DNA of 64,000 nt, from contig CAUTAF010000007.1 in assembly GCA_963536495.1 (NCBI GenBank), positions 5,803-69,802 on the forward strand. The letters are read 5' to 3'. Position 1 is the stretch's first letter. Every line of letters begins with the position of its first letter. The stretch comes from an uncultured Eubacteriales bacterium (GTDB taxonomy: Bacteria > Bacillota_I > Bacilli_A > RF39 > UBA660). The translations under genes were made by a program, and so were the position numbers. A model generated the notes under the pieces. The model made no database searches and was not told where the DNA came from. It saw only the letters and a list, made by a program, of their open reading frames with translations. Positions 42,901 through 52,248 of this stretch are shown one piece after another.

Positions 42901-43846
42901 CGTTTTTTATGTAACTTATTATGAAGGAACAAATCCAAAAACATCATTTAAAATTAAACTTTTAAGAGATACAGATTCTGACGGAATCGCAGATAAAGAT
43001 GATGATGATAAAGATGGAGACGGAGTAAGTAATGATGAAGAAACAGCTAATGGAAGTGATCCATATAATAAGAATATAGTACCAGGAATGACTAAAAAAC
43101 AAATACTTGATGTACTTGTTAATGATTTAGAAAAACTAATTAATGATAGTAAAAATAATAATTTTGAAAATAAGAGTAAAATATATGTAGATAATTTTAA
43201 AGAACATATAGCTGAAAAAAACAAAAAATTAAAAGAAATAAAAATATCTTATAATGATACAACATCTGATACAGAATTAGTAAAATTAATTGAAGAAGTT
43301 AAAGAAGAAATAAATAATATAAAAGAAGGAATAAATAATATAGAAGATAAAGCTAATTTTGAAGTTTTAGATAAAGAATTATCCAATATTTTATTAAAAG
43401 AAGATTATTATACTGAAAATATATATGAAGGATATTTGAAATTAATCAAAGAAGCTAAAAATTTATCTAAAGATACTGCAACACAACAAGAAGTAGATTA
43501 TATGGTTTCTTCATTAAATAGAGAAAAAAATATGGTCATTGATGATAAAACTAAATTAAAAGAAAAAATAAAAGAATTAAAAGAACAATTAGATAATGGA
43601 CAATGTCAAGAAGAAGAGTGTAGTTATATAAAAGATAAAATATTATTTTTATATAGTGAAGAAGGTATTTGTGATTCTGTTTCAATAGAAGAATTGATAG
43701 AAATAGTAGAAATATCAAAAGATTTATTTAAAAAGAGTTCACTTAAAAATCCAAAAACTGGTATAAAAACATATAGTTTAATAATTCTATTTATAATATT
43801 AATTAGTTATAAATTAATTAAGAAAAATAAAAATTATATAAGATAA
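39902..43846 (+). CDS. Cell-wall-anchored LRR surface protein, paralog 4 (1314 aa; two TSP3-like repeats; NPKTG)
   Basis: N-terminal 40 aa almost identical to paralog 2. LRRs are present. 'VLRDTDKDGIPDSEDDDVDSDGFSD' and 'LLRDTDSDGIADKDDDDKDGDGVSN'. C-terminus 'NPKTGIKTYSLIILFIILISYKLIKKNKNYIR'. Confidence 0.7.
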   Translation: MKNKKLLIVFVVLLVLITSFLLFILKPNTKNKKLKELNYNITYKQAFPDENLRKSILLCIMRNKCGEEQYNSGAYNFETYRQKHDADFDNKYYFTRTYATDTSLGPVITDDEINTKAEEQISKTDLDKIQVFISNDSYFSHEVTGIEYLTNLKAVVLINLYNYNVDFSYNKNLERVFLGYGSTLSYIKNVNLNQNTKLKEIAINFNFYGRSNKLELDYSILNDLETLIIDSPLEDDYIRLPLGIKILKLKNFDMKRTNLSELVNLKELDVDVFRSGKIDFSKNNKLEKLYLYNEEKNKKIDSLDFSNNPNLKELDINKIGIKNINLDKNINLEKIKFSGNNINELDLSKNINLKDVILSNNNITNIKLNSEKVEKLDLSDNKYLKNINVTRLSNLKYLNLDNTMIKTDTIDFSKNPLLEEVYIKYIPNPSQGYYPADDKSPININSLDFSNNLNLKTLKVKAKLKKLNIERNINLKDLDISINNITDLKAPNHLNYNTSQWIKIKVKKDTDIEIPVNFNGEKLYLNPTSYIIRNGDKYRFTAKGKFEESICSTKNGFNYCLYLNIEVLYKDENIDSSLTLIDQTTEDYRPGINEEIDVNQIRRMITNLPANTKKFEIVEPKPAKFKEKGKNILKVKVTFDDDTSKVYNLPINIYEKIYNSVEFDRKINGEPVNILEKEGKCIFPCGIETFENKEFNYVRHRQYIRTNCNCPGEEFNDTNLLARVNDKVLSYEYIGLPNGLSADENGIHGKIDYKWKENEKEHTFYVVYKEKGHAYNIEETIKIKVLRDTDKDGIPDSEDDDVDSDGFSDVDELKAGSNPYDKNSTPLNVTNVSKNTEADKFNPIIDQKDFKPLTTQTLSKEKVKEMITNLPTDIKSFKVLTTIYDKYTENAKTKITVLITFKDNSKKEFDVPIKFYKEEFIRQIINIEETTSIIEGKTLNLDVKIRYNEEERIDETNLIKYVYEKQKYYYYTSLPQGLKYTSNKISGVIDYKFLGEEEENVFYVTYYEGTNPKTSFKIKLLRDTDSDGIADKDDDDKDGDGVSNDEETANGSDPYNKNIVPGMTKKQILDVLVNDLEKLINDSKNNNFENKSKIYVDNFKEHIAEKNKKLKEIKISYNDTTSDTELVKLIEEVKEEINNIKEGINNIEDKANFEVLDKELSNILLKEDYYTENIYEGYLKLIKEAKNLSKDTATQQEVDYMVSSLNREKNMVIDDKTKLKEKIKELKEQLDNGQCQEEECSYIKDKILFLYSEEGICDSVSIEELIEIVEISKDLFKKSSLKNPKTGIKTYSLIILFIILISYKLIKKNKNYIR

Positions 43847-43921
43847 AGTTAAATCAAATTAACTTTATCTTTTTTATTTTTAAATTTAATAATCTATAGT
43901 ATAATTATTGTAGGAGATGCT

Positions 43922-45094
43922 ATGAGAAGACTATTTACATCAATAGAATTAAGTTCTAATTATATAAAACTTATCATATTAGAAAAAGTTCAAAATAAAT
44001 TTTATTGTTTATATTCTGATGTTACTAATTGTCATGGAATATCTAAAGGTTTAATTAATGATAGTAATGAAGTAATTACATCGTTAAAAAATGTTTTAAA
44101 GAAAGCAAGAGATAAAACTAATTTAAAAATAGATAAAGTTATTTTAACAATAAGTCCAATAGATGCTAATTTTATGGTAGTTTCTGCTACTAATTATATA
44201 GAAAATATAGATGGAATAGTTACTCAAAACTTTATTGATAAAAGTTTAAATAAAGCAGTTGATAGTAAAAAAGATTTAAAAGATGAATTAGTTATGACTA
44301 GTCCAGTTAGTTTTAGTTTAGATGAAAAAACAGTTTTAGATCCAGTTGGAATGAATGGGAATAAACTTTATATAAAAGCAGTAGCATCTACTATGGCAAA
44401 GAAAAATCTATATCCATTTTTTAATGTCTTTAATACTTTAAACATAGATGTTTTAGATGTTTGTTATTCTTTAGTTGGAGATTTTGAACTTAATCAATCT
44501 AAAAATAACAAATTAGAACATGGAGTAGTAGTTAATATAGAAGAAGATATAGTAAATATAGGTATATTTAATAAAGGTATATTAATAAAAACTGATTATT
44601 TAAAAATTGGAAGTAATGCTATAGATAAAGATATTAAATATATTTATAATCTAAAAGATGAAGATATTAAATATTTAAAAGAAAATTTTGCATCATTATC
44701 TAGTAGAGTTAATTATAAATATGATACAATTGAACTTAATACTAGTAGTGGTAATTTAATTAAAATAAAAGAAAGTGATGTAGTTAATCTTATTACTAGT
44801 AGAGTTGTTAATATTTTAGATTTAGTAAAAAATAAATATAAAACCTTAACAAATAAAGAAATTAATTATATAATTGTAACAGGAGAATTGACAGAATTAA
44901 GTGGATTTTCTCAAGTTGTAGAAAAAGTTTTAGGACCAAAAAGTAAAATTGGTAATATAAAACTTATTGGAGCTAGAAATAATATATATTCTAGTGTTAT
45001 AGGATCTATATATTATCTAGAAATAAAATATAAAGATATTGGAATGCTAAATTCTTTAGAAATAGAAAAAATAAATTCTAAAGAGTATGAATAA
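43922..45094 (+). CDS. ftsA: Cell division protein FtsA (actin-like ATPase)
   Basis: 390 aa immediately upstream of ftsZ. The N-terminal 'SIELSSNYIKLIILEK' resembles the FtsA phosphate-1 region. The sequence is divergent. Confidence 0.6.
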   Translation: MRRLFTSIELSSNYIKLIILEKVQNKFYCLYSDVTNCHGISKGLINDSNEVITSLKNVLKKARDKTNLKIDKVILTISPIDANFMVVSATNYIENIDGIVTQNFIDKSLNKAVDSKKDLKDELVMTSPVSFSLDEKTVLDPVGMNGNKLYIKAVASTMAKKNLYPFFNVFNTLNIDVLDVCYSLVGDFELNQSKNNKLEHGVVVNIEEDIVNIGIFNKGILIKTDYLKIGSNAIDKDIKYIYNLKDEDIKYLKENFASLSSRVNYKYDTIELNTSSGNLIKIKESDVVNLITSRVVNILDLVKNKYKTLTNKEINYIIVTGELTELSGFSQVVEKVLGPKSKIGNIKLIGARNNIYSSVIGSIYYLEIKYKDIGMLNSLEIEKINSKEYE

Positions 45095-45108
45095 TCTAGG
45101 AGGAAAAA

Positions 45109-46212
45109 ATGTTTGATGAATTAACTAATGTAAGAGCTGCTAATATTAAGGTAATAGGTGTTGGTGGTGGTGGTTGTAAAGCCGTTAATAGAATGAAAGA
45201 AACAGTTGAAGGTGTAACTTTTATTATTGCTAATACTGATTTACAAGATTTAACTACAGCTAATGCTGATGTTAAAATTCAATTAGGACAAGAGTTAACT
45301 GGAGGAAGAGGAAGTGGTGCTAAGCCAGAAGTAGGTAAAAAAGCAGCACAAGAATCTAAAAAAGATATAGAAGATGCATTACAAGGTGCACACATGGTAT
45401 TTATTACTTGTGGAGAAGGTGGAGGAACTGGAACAGGAGCTGCTCCAGTAATAGCTGAAATAGCACAAAATTTAGGAGCATTAACAGTAGCAGTAGTTAC
45501 AAAACCATTTTCTTTTGAAGGTAAATCTAGAATGAAGAATGCTCAATTAGGTATAGAAGAATTAAGAAAACATGTTGATTCTTTAATAGTAGTACCTAAT
45601 GATAATCTAGAAACTTTAATAGATAAGAACACTCCAGTATTACAAGCTTTTGGAGAAGTTGATAATGTATTAAGACAAAGTGTTCAATCAATTTCAGATT
45701 TAATTAATTTCCCTGGAGATATTAACTTAGACTTTTCAGATATTACAACTACTATGAAAGATAGTGGAACAGCAGTAATAGGTATTGGGGTAGGTACTGG
45801 AGAAGATAGAGCTATTCAAGCAGCTAAACAAGCTGTTCAATCTCCTCTTTTAGAAAAATCTATAGTTGGAGCTACTAAAGCAATTATTAACATAACTGGT
45901 GGAAGTAACTTAACATTATATGAAACAAAACAAGCAGTTAAGATTATTGAAAGTTATGCACAAACAGATTTAAATGTATTCTATGGAACTATAATTAATA
46001 AAAATATTAGTGATGATCAAATTATTGTTACAGTAATAGCAACAGGATTTGAAGAATATACTAAAAAACCAATTGAAGAAGAACAAGAAGTAATAGATAC
46101 ACAAAAAAGAGAAGAAAAACCAGTTGTTAATAATGTAAATAATTCATATGATGATATAGATACAGATGGGGATTATGTATTACCAAATTTTTTAAGAAAT
46201 AGAAATTATTAG
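45109..46212 (+). CDS. ftsZ: Cell division GTPase FtsZ
   Basis: '[13 protein letters not shown]' and the tubulin signature '[16 protein letters not shown]'. Confidence 0.95.
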   Translation: MFDELTNVRAANIKVIGVGGGGCKAVNRMKETVEGVTFIIANTDLQDLTTANADVKIQLGQELTGGRGSGAKPEVGKKAAQESKKDIEDALQGAHMVFITCGEGGGTGTGAAPVIAEIAQNLGALTVAVVTKPFSFEGKSRMKNAQLGIEELRKHVDSLIVVPNDNLETLIDKNTPVLQAFGEVDNVLRQSVQSISDLINFPGDINLDFSDITTTMKDSGTAVIGIGVGTGEDRAIQAAKQAVQSPLLEKSIVGATKAIINITGGSNLTLYETKQAVKIIESYAQTDLNVFYGTIINKNISDDQIIVTVIATGFEEYTKKPIEEEQEVIDTQKREEKPVVNNVNNSYDDIDTDGDYVLPNFLRNRNY

Positions 46213-46214
46213 AA
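46134..46214 (+). repeat. 81-bp direct repeat copy 1 (3' end of ftsZ). Copy 2 at 47110-47190 has 3 mismatches.
   Basis: aatgtaaataattcatatgatgatatagatac(a/g)gatgg(g/a)gattat/cgtattaccaaattttttaagaaatagaaattattagaagttatattta. Confidence 0.85.
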
Positions 46215-46609
46215 GTTATATTTAAATTAAATACTTTTAAAGTTCACGCTAAATAAAAATAATATATAAATATATTAAAAGTTATTTAGAAAGAACTTTA
46301 GAGGTATTTTTTATATCTAAACATAAAAATGGATTTTAGAAGATAAAGTCAAAATAGTTAAAAACTAAAAAAATGAATTATTAAATATTAAAATAATAAA
46401 TATGATAATATAAAAATATAAAAATATAAAATGTTTTATTGAAAATTAAAAAATTAGTTATTAGTTATGCTTTAATTTTTAAAATATATAATTAAAAATG
46501 CTAATAGATATATAAATTTAGATTTTGATATGTTTATATATATTGATAGATTTAAAAGTAGAGAAAAAATAAATGTTAAAAAATATTGGAAGGATATAAG
46601 GATTGTATA

Positions 46610-47101
46610 ATGAATATAAAAACAAATGATATTAGAATAAAAAATGATGAGTATAATTTTCATTTTAGAGTAGTAGCTATAATAGAACAAAATAATAAAT
46701 TTTTAATACAAAGAATAGAAGGATATGATTATTATATTTTACCTGGAGGACATGTTAATTTAGGAGAAGATAGTATTACTGCTATAAAACGTGAGGTTAA
46801 AGAAGAAGTTGGTTGCGATATTAAAGATTCAAAATTAATTTGTTTTCATGAAAATTTTTATTTAAATAAAGGACGACAAGAACATTGGATTGAAAATTAT
46901 TTTCTTATAAAACCAATGAAAAAACTTTCTGAAGAAAATTGGACATTTGTGGAAAAAGATAAAGAAGCAGAAAAAACTTTACATTTTTATTGGATGAGTA
47001 AGGAAGATATAAAAAAAATAAATTTAAAACCAACATCTATAAAAGATTTAATTATAAGTGATAAAATTAGTGGTTTTAATTATTTAATTAATAATAAATG
47101 A
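46610..47101 (+). CDS. NUDIX hydrolase
   Basis: Nudix box 'GGHVNLGEDSITAIKREVKEEVG'. The ATG at 46610 has an AAGGA RBS; the ORF track starts at 46586. Confidence 0.7.
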   Translation: MNIKTNDIRIKNDEYNFHFRVVAIIEQNNKFLIQRIEGYDYYILPGGHVNLGEDSITAIKREVKEEVGCDIKDSKLICFHENFYLNKGRQEHWIENYFLIKPMKKLSEENWTFVEKDKEAEKTLHFYWMSKEDIKKINLKPTSIKDLIISDKISGFNYLINNK

Positions 47102-47109
47102 AAAATAAA

Positions 47110-47190
47110 AATGTAAATAATTCATATGATGATATAGATACGGATGGAGATTACGTATTACCAAATTTTTTAAGAAATAGAAATTATTAG
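47110..47190 (+). repeat. 81-bp direct repeat copy 2: a pseudo-3'-end of ftsZ that retains the intact terminator
   Basis: See 46134-46214. Confidence 0.85.
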
Positions 47191-47218
47191 AAGTTATATT
47201 TATAACTTCTTTTTATTT
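47183..47218 (+). terminator. Rho-independent terminator (the ancestral ftsZ terminator, now downstream of the NUDIX gene)
   Basis: GAAGTTATA-ttt-ATAACTTC followed by TTTTTATTTT. The copy after ftsZ itself (46207-46230) is disrupted after the loop. Confidence 0.6.
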
Positions 47219-47248
47219 TAAAGTCTTTAGTTTATAATATATTGTATT

Positions 47249-49762
47249 ATGAAAAGAAACGAAGTAGATAGAACAAAAATTAGCCCGATGATGAGACAAT
47301 ATCTTGAAGTAAAAGATGAATATCTAGATGCTATAGTATTTTATAGATTAGGTGACTTTTACGAGATGTTTTTTGAAGATGCAGTAATTGGATCTAAAGA
47401 ATTAGAACTTGCACTTACTGGAAGAGATGCATCGCTAGATGAAAGAGTGCCAATGTGTGGTGTTCCTGCTAAAGCATATAGTGTTTATGTAGAAAAGTTA
47501 GTTGAAAAAGGTTATAAAGTAGCAATATGTGAACAATTAGAAGATCCTAAAACTACTAAAGGTATGGTAAAAAGAGGAGTTATACAAGTTATTACTAAAG
47601 GAACTATACTTGATAACTTTATAGATTCTAAAACATCTAATTATATTGCTAATATATATGCTTTTTCATATTGTTATGGTATATCTTATACAGATATTAC
47701 AACAGGATATTTTTATGCTTTTATAATAGATAAAGATGTAGAAAAAACTATCTTAAAAGAAAATATTAAAGAAGTAATAGTAACTAGTAATACAAGTAAA
47801 GAAATAGTTAATAATTTAAGAAATAATAATGTTTTAGTTACGATAAGTGATGATATTAATACTAATCAAGAATATAGTTATTTATATAAAGATTTAGAAG
47901 ATGAAAGATTAAAAATAACAGCAAGTCACTTATTATCATATTTAGAATATGTTAAAAAAGGTGACTTAAAACATTTACAAAAAATCGTTAGTTTAAAAGC
48001 TAATAACTTCTTAGAATTTGATGATAACACTGTAAGAAATTTAGAATTAGTTAAGACATTAAGAACTAAAGAAAGAAAAAATTCTTTACTAGGTTTTATA
48101 GATAAAACTGAAACTGCTATGGGTTCTAGAGCTTTAGAATATAATTTACTTCATCCACTAAGAGATAAAAAAGAAATAGAAAAAAGATATGATCAAGTAG
48201 AAAAACTTTTAACAGAGTTTATTATATCTAGCGAATTAAAAGAAGTATTAAATAATATCTATGACTTAGAAAGAATAGTATCTAGAATATCTTATGGTAA
48301 TTTAAGTGGTAAAGATTTATTACAATTAAAAAATAGTATCTATTATTTAAAAGATTTAAAAAAAATAATTAAAGAGTTAAATTTTGATTATGAAATAGAT
48401 ACACTAGATGATTTATATAACTTATTAGAAAGTTCAATTAACGAAGATATACCTATATTATTAAATGAAGGTAATTTAATAAAGAGTGGTTATTCTAAAG
48501 AATTAGATGACTTAAGAGAAATTAAAAATAATTCTAAAAAATATATACTTGAACTAGAAAGAGCTGAAAGAGAAAAAACTGGTATAAAAACTTTAAAAAT
48601 ATCTTATAACAAAGTATTTGGTTATTATATAGAGATAACTAAAGCAAGTTTAAAAGATATTAAATTAGATGGTTATATTAGAAAACAAACATTATTTAAT
48701 GCAGAAAGATTTATTACAGAGGAACTAAAAGAAAAAGAAGATATTATTTTAAATGCTTCTTTAAAGATAAATGCTTTAGAATATGATTTATTTACTGAAG
48801 TTAAAGAAAAAGTTAAGACTTATTTAGAACCTATTCAAAAAAATGCTAAAAATATAGCACAGATTGATATGATATTATCTTTTGCAACAATAAGTAGTAA
48901 TCATTCTTTAGTAAGACCTAAGTTAAATGAAGAAAATATCGTCGATATAGAAAATGGTCGTCATTTAATAGTTGAAAGTGTTACTAATAACTATGTAGAT
49001 AATTCTATAAAGATGAAAGAAGATACATCTATACTTTTAATAACAGGACCTAATATGGCTGGTAAAAGTACTTATATGAGAGAACTTGCTTTAATAGTTA
49101 TAATGGCTCAAATGGGATGTTTTGTACCTGCTAAAAGTGCAAATATTATGATTTTTGATAAGATATTTACAAGAATTGGAGCAAGTGATGATTTAATATC
49201 TGGAGATTCTACATTTATGATAGAGATGAAAGAAGCTAGTTTTGCATTATCATCTGCTACTAAGAATTCTTTAATCCTATTTGATGAACTTGGAAGAGGT
49301 ACTGCAACATATGATGGTATGTCTCTTGCACAAGCTATGCTTGAATATATTCATAATGAAATAGGAGCTAAGACACTTTTTTCAACTCATTATCATGAAC
49401 TTACTAATCTTACAAAAGACTTAAAACACTTGAAAAATGTGCATGTAAAAGCTATAGTAGAAGATAAGAATATAATATTTTTACATAAGATAGAAAATGG
49501 AAGTGTAGATAAGAGTTATGGAGTTAATGTAGCTCATTTAGCAGGAGTTAATAAAGAGATAGTGACAAGAGCAACTGAGATTTTAAATACTTACGAAAAG
49601 AAGAAAAAAACAAAAGAGATAATACAAGATTCATTTGTTTTTGAAGAAGAAAAAGAAGAATCTAATTTATTAGAAAAAATAAAAGAAAAAGATTTAAATT
49701 CTATGACGCCTCTTGATGCACTTAATTTCTTATATGAATTAAAAAAGGATATGGAGGATTAA
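47249..49762 (+). CDS. mutS: DNA mismatch repair protein MutS
   Basis: N-terminal 'SPMMRQYLEVK', Walker A 'TGPNMAGKSTYMR' and 'DELGRGT'. Length is 837 aa. Confidence 0.9.
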   Translation: MKRNEVDRTKISPMMRQYLEVKDEYLDAIVFYRLGDFYEMFFEDAVIGSKELELALTGRDASLDERVPMCGVPAKAYSVYVEKLVEKGYKVAICEQLEDPKTTKGMVKRGVIQVITKGTILDNFIDSKTSNYIANIYAFSYCYGISYTDITTGYFYAFIIDKDVEKTILKENIKEVIVTSNTSKEIVNNLRNNNVLVTISDDINTNQEYSYLYKDLEDERLKITASHLLSYLEYVKKGDLKHLQKIVSLKANNFLEFDDNTVRNLELVKTLRTKERKNSLLGFIDKTETAMGSRALEYNLLHPLRDKKEIEKRYDQVEKLLTEFIISSELKEVLNNIYDLERIVSRISYGNLSGKDLLQLKNSIYYLKDLKKIIKELNFDYEIDTLDDLYNLLESSINEDIPILLNEGNLIKSGYSKELDDLREIKNNSKKYILELERAEREKTGIKTLKISYNKVFGYYIEITKASLKDIKLDGYIRKQTLFNAERFITEELKEKEDIILNASLKINALEYDLFTEVKEKVKTYLEPIQKNAKNIAQIDMILSFATISSNHSLVRPKLNEENIVDIENGRHLIVESVTNNYVDNSIKMKEDTSILLITGPNMAGKSTYMRELALIVIMAQMGCFVPAKSANIMIFDKIFTRIGASDDLISGDSTFMIEMKEASFALSSATKNSLILFDELGRGTATYDGMSLAQAMLEYIHNEIGAKTLFSTHYHELTNLTKDLKHLKNVHVKAIVEDKNIIFLHKIENGSVDKSYGVNVAHLAGVNKEIVTRATEILNTYEKKKKTKEIIQDSFVFEEEKEESNLLEKIKEKDLNSMTPLDALNFLYELKKDMED

Positions 49763-51148
49763 ATGACTTTAGAAGATATTTATGAAAATGTTAAAAATCC
49801 ACTTAATGATGAAGTGTTACAAGAAATATATGATAATTATCAAAAGCTTCCGACATTTTTTTTAATAGTAGGTAAAAAAACGAGTAATAAAACTTATGAT
49901 ATTTTAGAAAGAGATTATTACAATAAATTTTTGTTTTCTATTTGGAAAAATAGCATCTTAAATTTATCTCTTGAAAGAATAGAAGAGTTAGAAAAAAGAA
50001 ATAATTATAAAGATATAAGAAGAATAAGAGAGTTTTTAAAACAAGATAATACTAATTTAGATACTACTTATGATATAGCAAATTTTTTAGTTAATAATTC
50101 TTTAGATAAAGCTTATTTTTGTGATGTTAAAAATTTAATTAATCATAGATATATTCATACGATGAGTGGGAAAATCGATTTAGAAAAAGATGATGATTTT
50201 TTTGTTGATCATAGATTATATGTAAATATAGATAATGAAGATATATATCTTTTGGCACATAAATTTGTAGAAAAATGTAGAGAAAAAGATATACCATTTT
50301 ATTTTAAATTTAAAGATTCAGATAATAGACAAGATAATTTTGTAATTTATTCTGATACTAAAAATTTAATAAAATATATGGAGTGTTTAGATGAAGTGTT
50401 TAGTCAAAATAAAAATATTTCTAATACTTCTAATTCTTCTTTAATGTTTACTGGTAAGATTAATGAAAATTATTCAATAGGAGATGAACCTTTCCAAAAG
50501 TCAGAAAAACTAGCATCGTTTAATGGTATAAGAAGTAAGTCGATTGATAATGCTATGAAAAAAACTATAAAATATTGGTTATATAAGAATCAATATAGAA
50601 AAGTATCAAGAAAAATAGATGGTCAAGAAAAAATAATGGATTTTAAAGAATATGTAGCAAGTAATATAGTAAAACTATTATCTGAAGATATGTTTTATGA
50701 AAAAGATGAATATAAAATTTATCATACATTAAAAAAATCAGCTTTTATTGGAAGAAATAAAGAAAAACTAACTAAAAGTATTGCTAGTGAAATAGATAAA
50801 TATATTAATAATAAAGATATGAGTTTAATAAAAGTTTACGAAGCAGATGATTTAGATCCATCTAGATTTGAAAGTGAAGAAATAAAAAAAATATTTGAAA
50901 AAAAATTAGAAACTATGAAGTATAAAGTGAAAGAACAGCTTGGAGTAGTATCTACTGATATTATAGAAAAGTATATTAATACAACATTAACTGATAAAAT
51001 ATTACATAAATTTGATAACTGTAAAGATATTTTTGAATTGTTTTTAAAAGAAGAATTTAAAAATAATTATATTGATATAGAAAAACCATGTTTTAATGTA
51101 TGGACTAAAGAAAAATTTAAAGAAAATAAAGAAGAAAAACATATATAA
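49763..51148 (+). CDS. Hypothetical 461-aa protein translationally coupled to mutS, occupying the usual mutL position
   Basis: Its ATG directly abuts the mutS TAA. No motif was recognised. Coding quality is good. Confidence 0.4.
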   Translation: MTLEDIYENVKNPLNDEVLQEIYDNYQKLPTFFLIVGKKTSNKTYDILERDYYNKFLFSIWKNSILNLSLERIEELEKRNNYKDIRRIREFLKQDNTNLDTTYDIANFLVNNSLDKAYFCDVKNLINHRYIHTMSGKIDLEKDDDFFVDHRLYVNIDNEDIYLLAHKFVEKCREKDIPFYFKFKDSDNRQDNFVIYSDTKNLIKYMECLDEVFSQNKNISNTSNSSLMFTGKINENYSIGDEPFQKSEKLASFNGIRSKSIDNAMKKTIKYWLYKNQYRKVSRKIDGQEKIMDFKEYVASNIVKLLSEDMFYEKDEYKIYHTLKKSAFIGRNKEKLTKSIASEIDKYINNKDMSLIKVYEADDLDPSRFESEEIKKIFEKKLETMKYKVKEQLGVVSTDIIEKYINTTLTDKILHKFDNCKDIFELFLKEEFKNNYIDIEKPCFNVWTKEKFKENKEEKHI

Positions 51149-51212
51149 GATACATAATTTGACAAACGAAGATAATCTAATTACAATATAAAGCACTTGG
51201 AAAGAGGTAATA

Positions 51213-51905
51213 ATGACAGATATATTTACGAGTGATCAAGCTATAAAAGTAGCTGAAGAAGATCCCTCCATTATTTTTGAACTAATTAAAACTGATAATG
51301 ATGAGTTATTAAATCATATGTTAGATGAATCTTTAATAGATGTTAATTTAGTTTCTAGTAATAACGATAGTTTAGCAATAAAACTATTAAAATCTGCTAA
51401 ATATGAATTGGTTTTAAAAGTAATAAAGAATAAAAATTGGAATGTTAATTATCAAAATGATGATAAAGAAACTTTTGGACATATACTTGCTAAAATAAAT
51501 AATGTAGCAGTAGTACCAATATTTAAAGAATTAAAGAAAAATAAAAACTTTGATATTAATATCCGTAATAAAGATGATAAGACTATTTTTGATATTAGTG
51601 TAGAAAGTCATAATGCTTATGTATCTACTAAAATAATAGAAGATGAAAGATTTAATGATATAAATATATTTGAATTTTTAAAATTTTATGAAACTTATAT
51701 AGATACTAATGAATATGGTAAATATTCAAAAATTAATATGATAGAATCTATCTTAACTATGGATGGAAGATATGTTAATACGAGAATGCAAGAATTACTT
51801 AACCATCTTAAAGATAATTTTAAAAACATTAAAAAAGATATAGAAAATGATGACTATAATTTATTAAAATCAATTATTAAAGAGTGTATTTACCAATATA
51901 TGTAA
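51213..51905 (+). CDS. Hypothetical 230-aa protein with degenerate ankyrin-like repeats
   Basis: Repeats of about 33 aa such as 'ETFGHILAKINNVAVVPIFKELKKNKNFDINIRNKDDKTIFDISVE'. Confidence 0.3.
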   Translation: MTDIFTSDQAIKVAEEDPSIIFELIKTDNDELLNHMLDESLIDVNLVSSNNDSLAIKLLKSAKYELVLKVIKNKNWNVNYQNDDKETFGHILAKINNVAVVPIFKELKKNKNFDINIRNKDDKTIFDISVESHNAYVSTKIIEDERFNDINIFEFLKFYETYIDTNEYGKYSKINMIESILTMDGRYVNTRMQELLNHLKDNFKNIKKDIENDDYNLLKSIIKECIYQYM

Positions 51906-51950
51906 AATTTCTAGTCATTATTTTAAAACTGTGTTAAAATATGAAAAGAA

Positions 51951-51984
51951 CAAGTGGGAATTAAAAATCCCACTTGCTTTATTT
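51951..51984 (+). terminator. Hairpin terminator/attenuator preceding the rimP-nusA-infB operon
   Basis: CAAGTGGGA-attaaaaa-TCCCACTTG followed by CTTTATTT. It lies inside the GTG-initiated ORF (51931) given by the ORF track. Confidence 0.45.
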
Positions 51985-51993
51985 GGAGGAGAA

Positions 51994-52248
51994 ATGAAGG
52001 AAAAACTTATAGAAGCTTTAGGAAATAAATTAGATAGCTATAAAGTATTTATCGATGATGTATTTGAAGAAGATGAAGGAAATAATCATTATTTAAGAGT
52101 CGTAGTAGATGCAGATTTTATTATAGATTCTAACTTGATATATGAAGTTAGTAAAGTTATCGATGAAGAAATAGATAAATTAGATTTAATAGAAGATTCG
52201 TATATATTAGATATATATTCAAAAGAAAAAGGTGAAATAAATGAATAA
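51994..52248 (+). CDS. rimP: Short RimP-like ribosome maturation factor (N-domain only)
   Basis: An ATG with a GGAGGA RBS after the hairpin. Its position upstream of nusA and 'YILDIYS' (compare RimP 'Y.LEVSSPG') support the call. Confidence 0.4.
   Translation: MKEKLIEALGNKLDSYKVFIDDVFEEDEGNNHYLRVVVDADFIIDSNLIYEVSKVIDEEIDKLDLIEDSYILDIYSKEKGEINE

Noticed and set aside
46213-46585. The 370-bp extremely AT-rich non-coding stretch after ftsZ as a possible replication origin or small-RNA locus
   Set aside because: No DnaA boxes (TTATCCACA / TGTGGATAA) are visible and no flanking dnaA/dnaN is present. It is better explained as part of the inserted NUDIX segment together with its promoter. An sRNA cannot be excluded, but there is no supporting structure or terminator.
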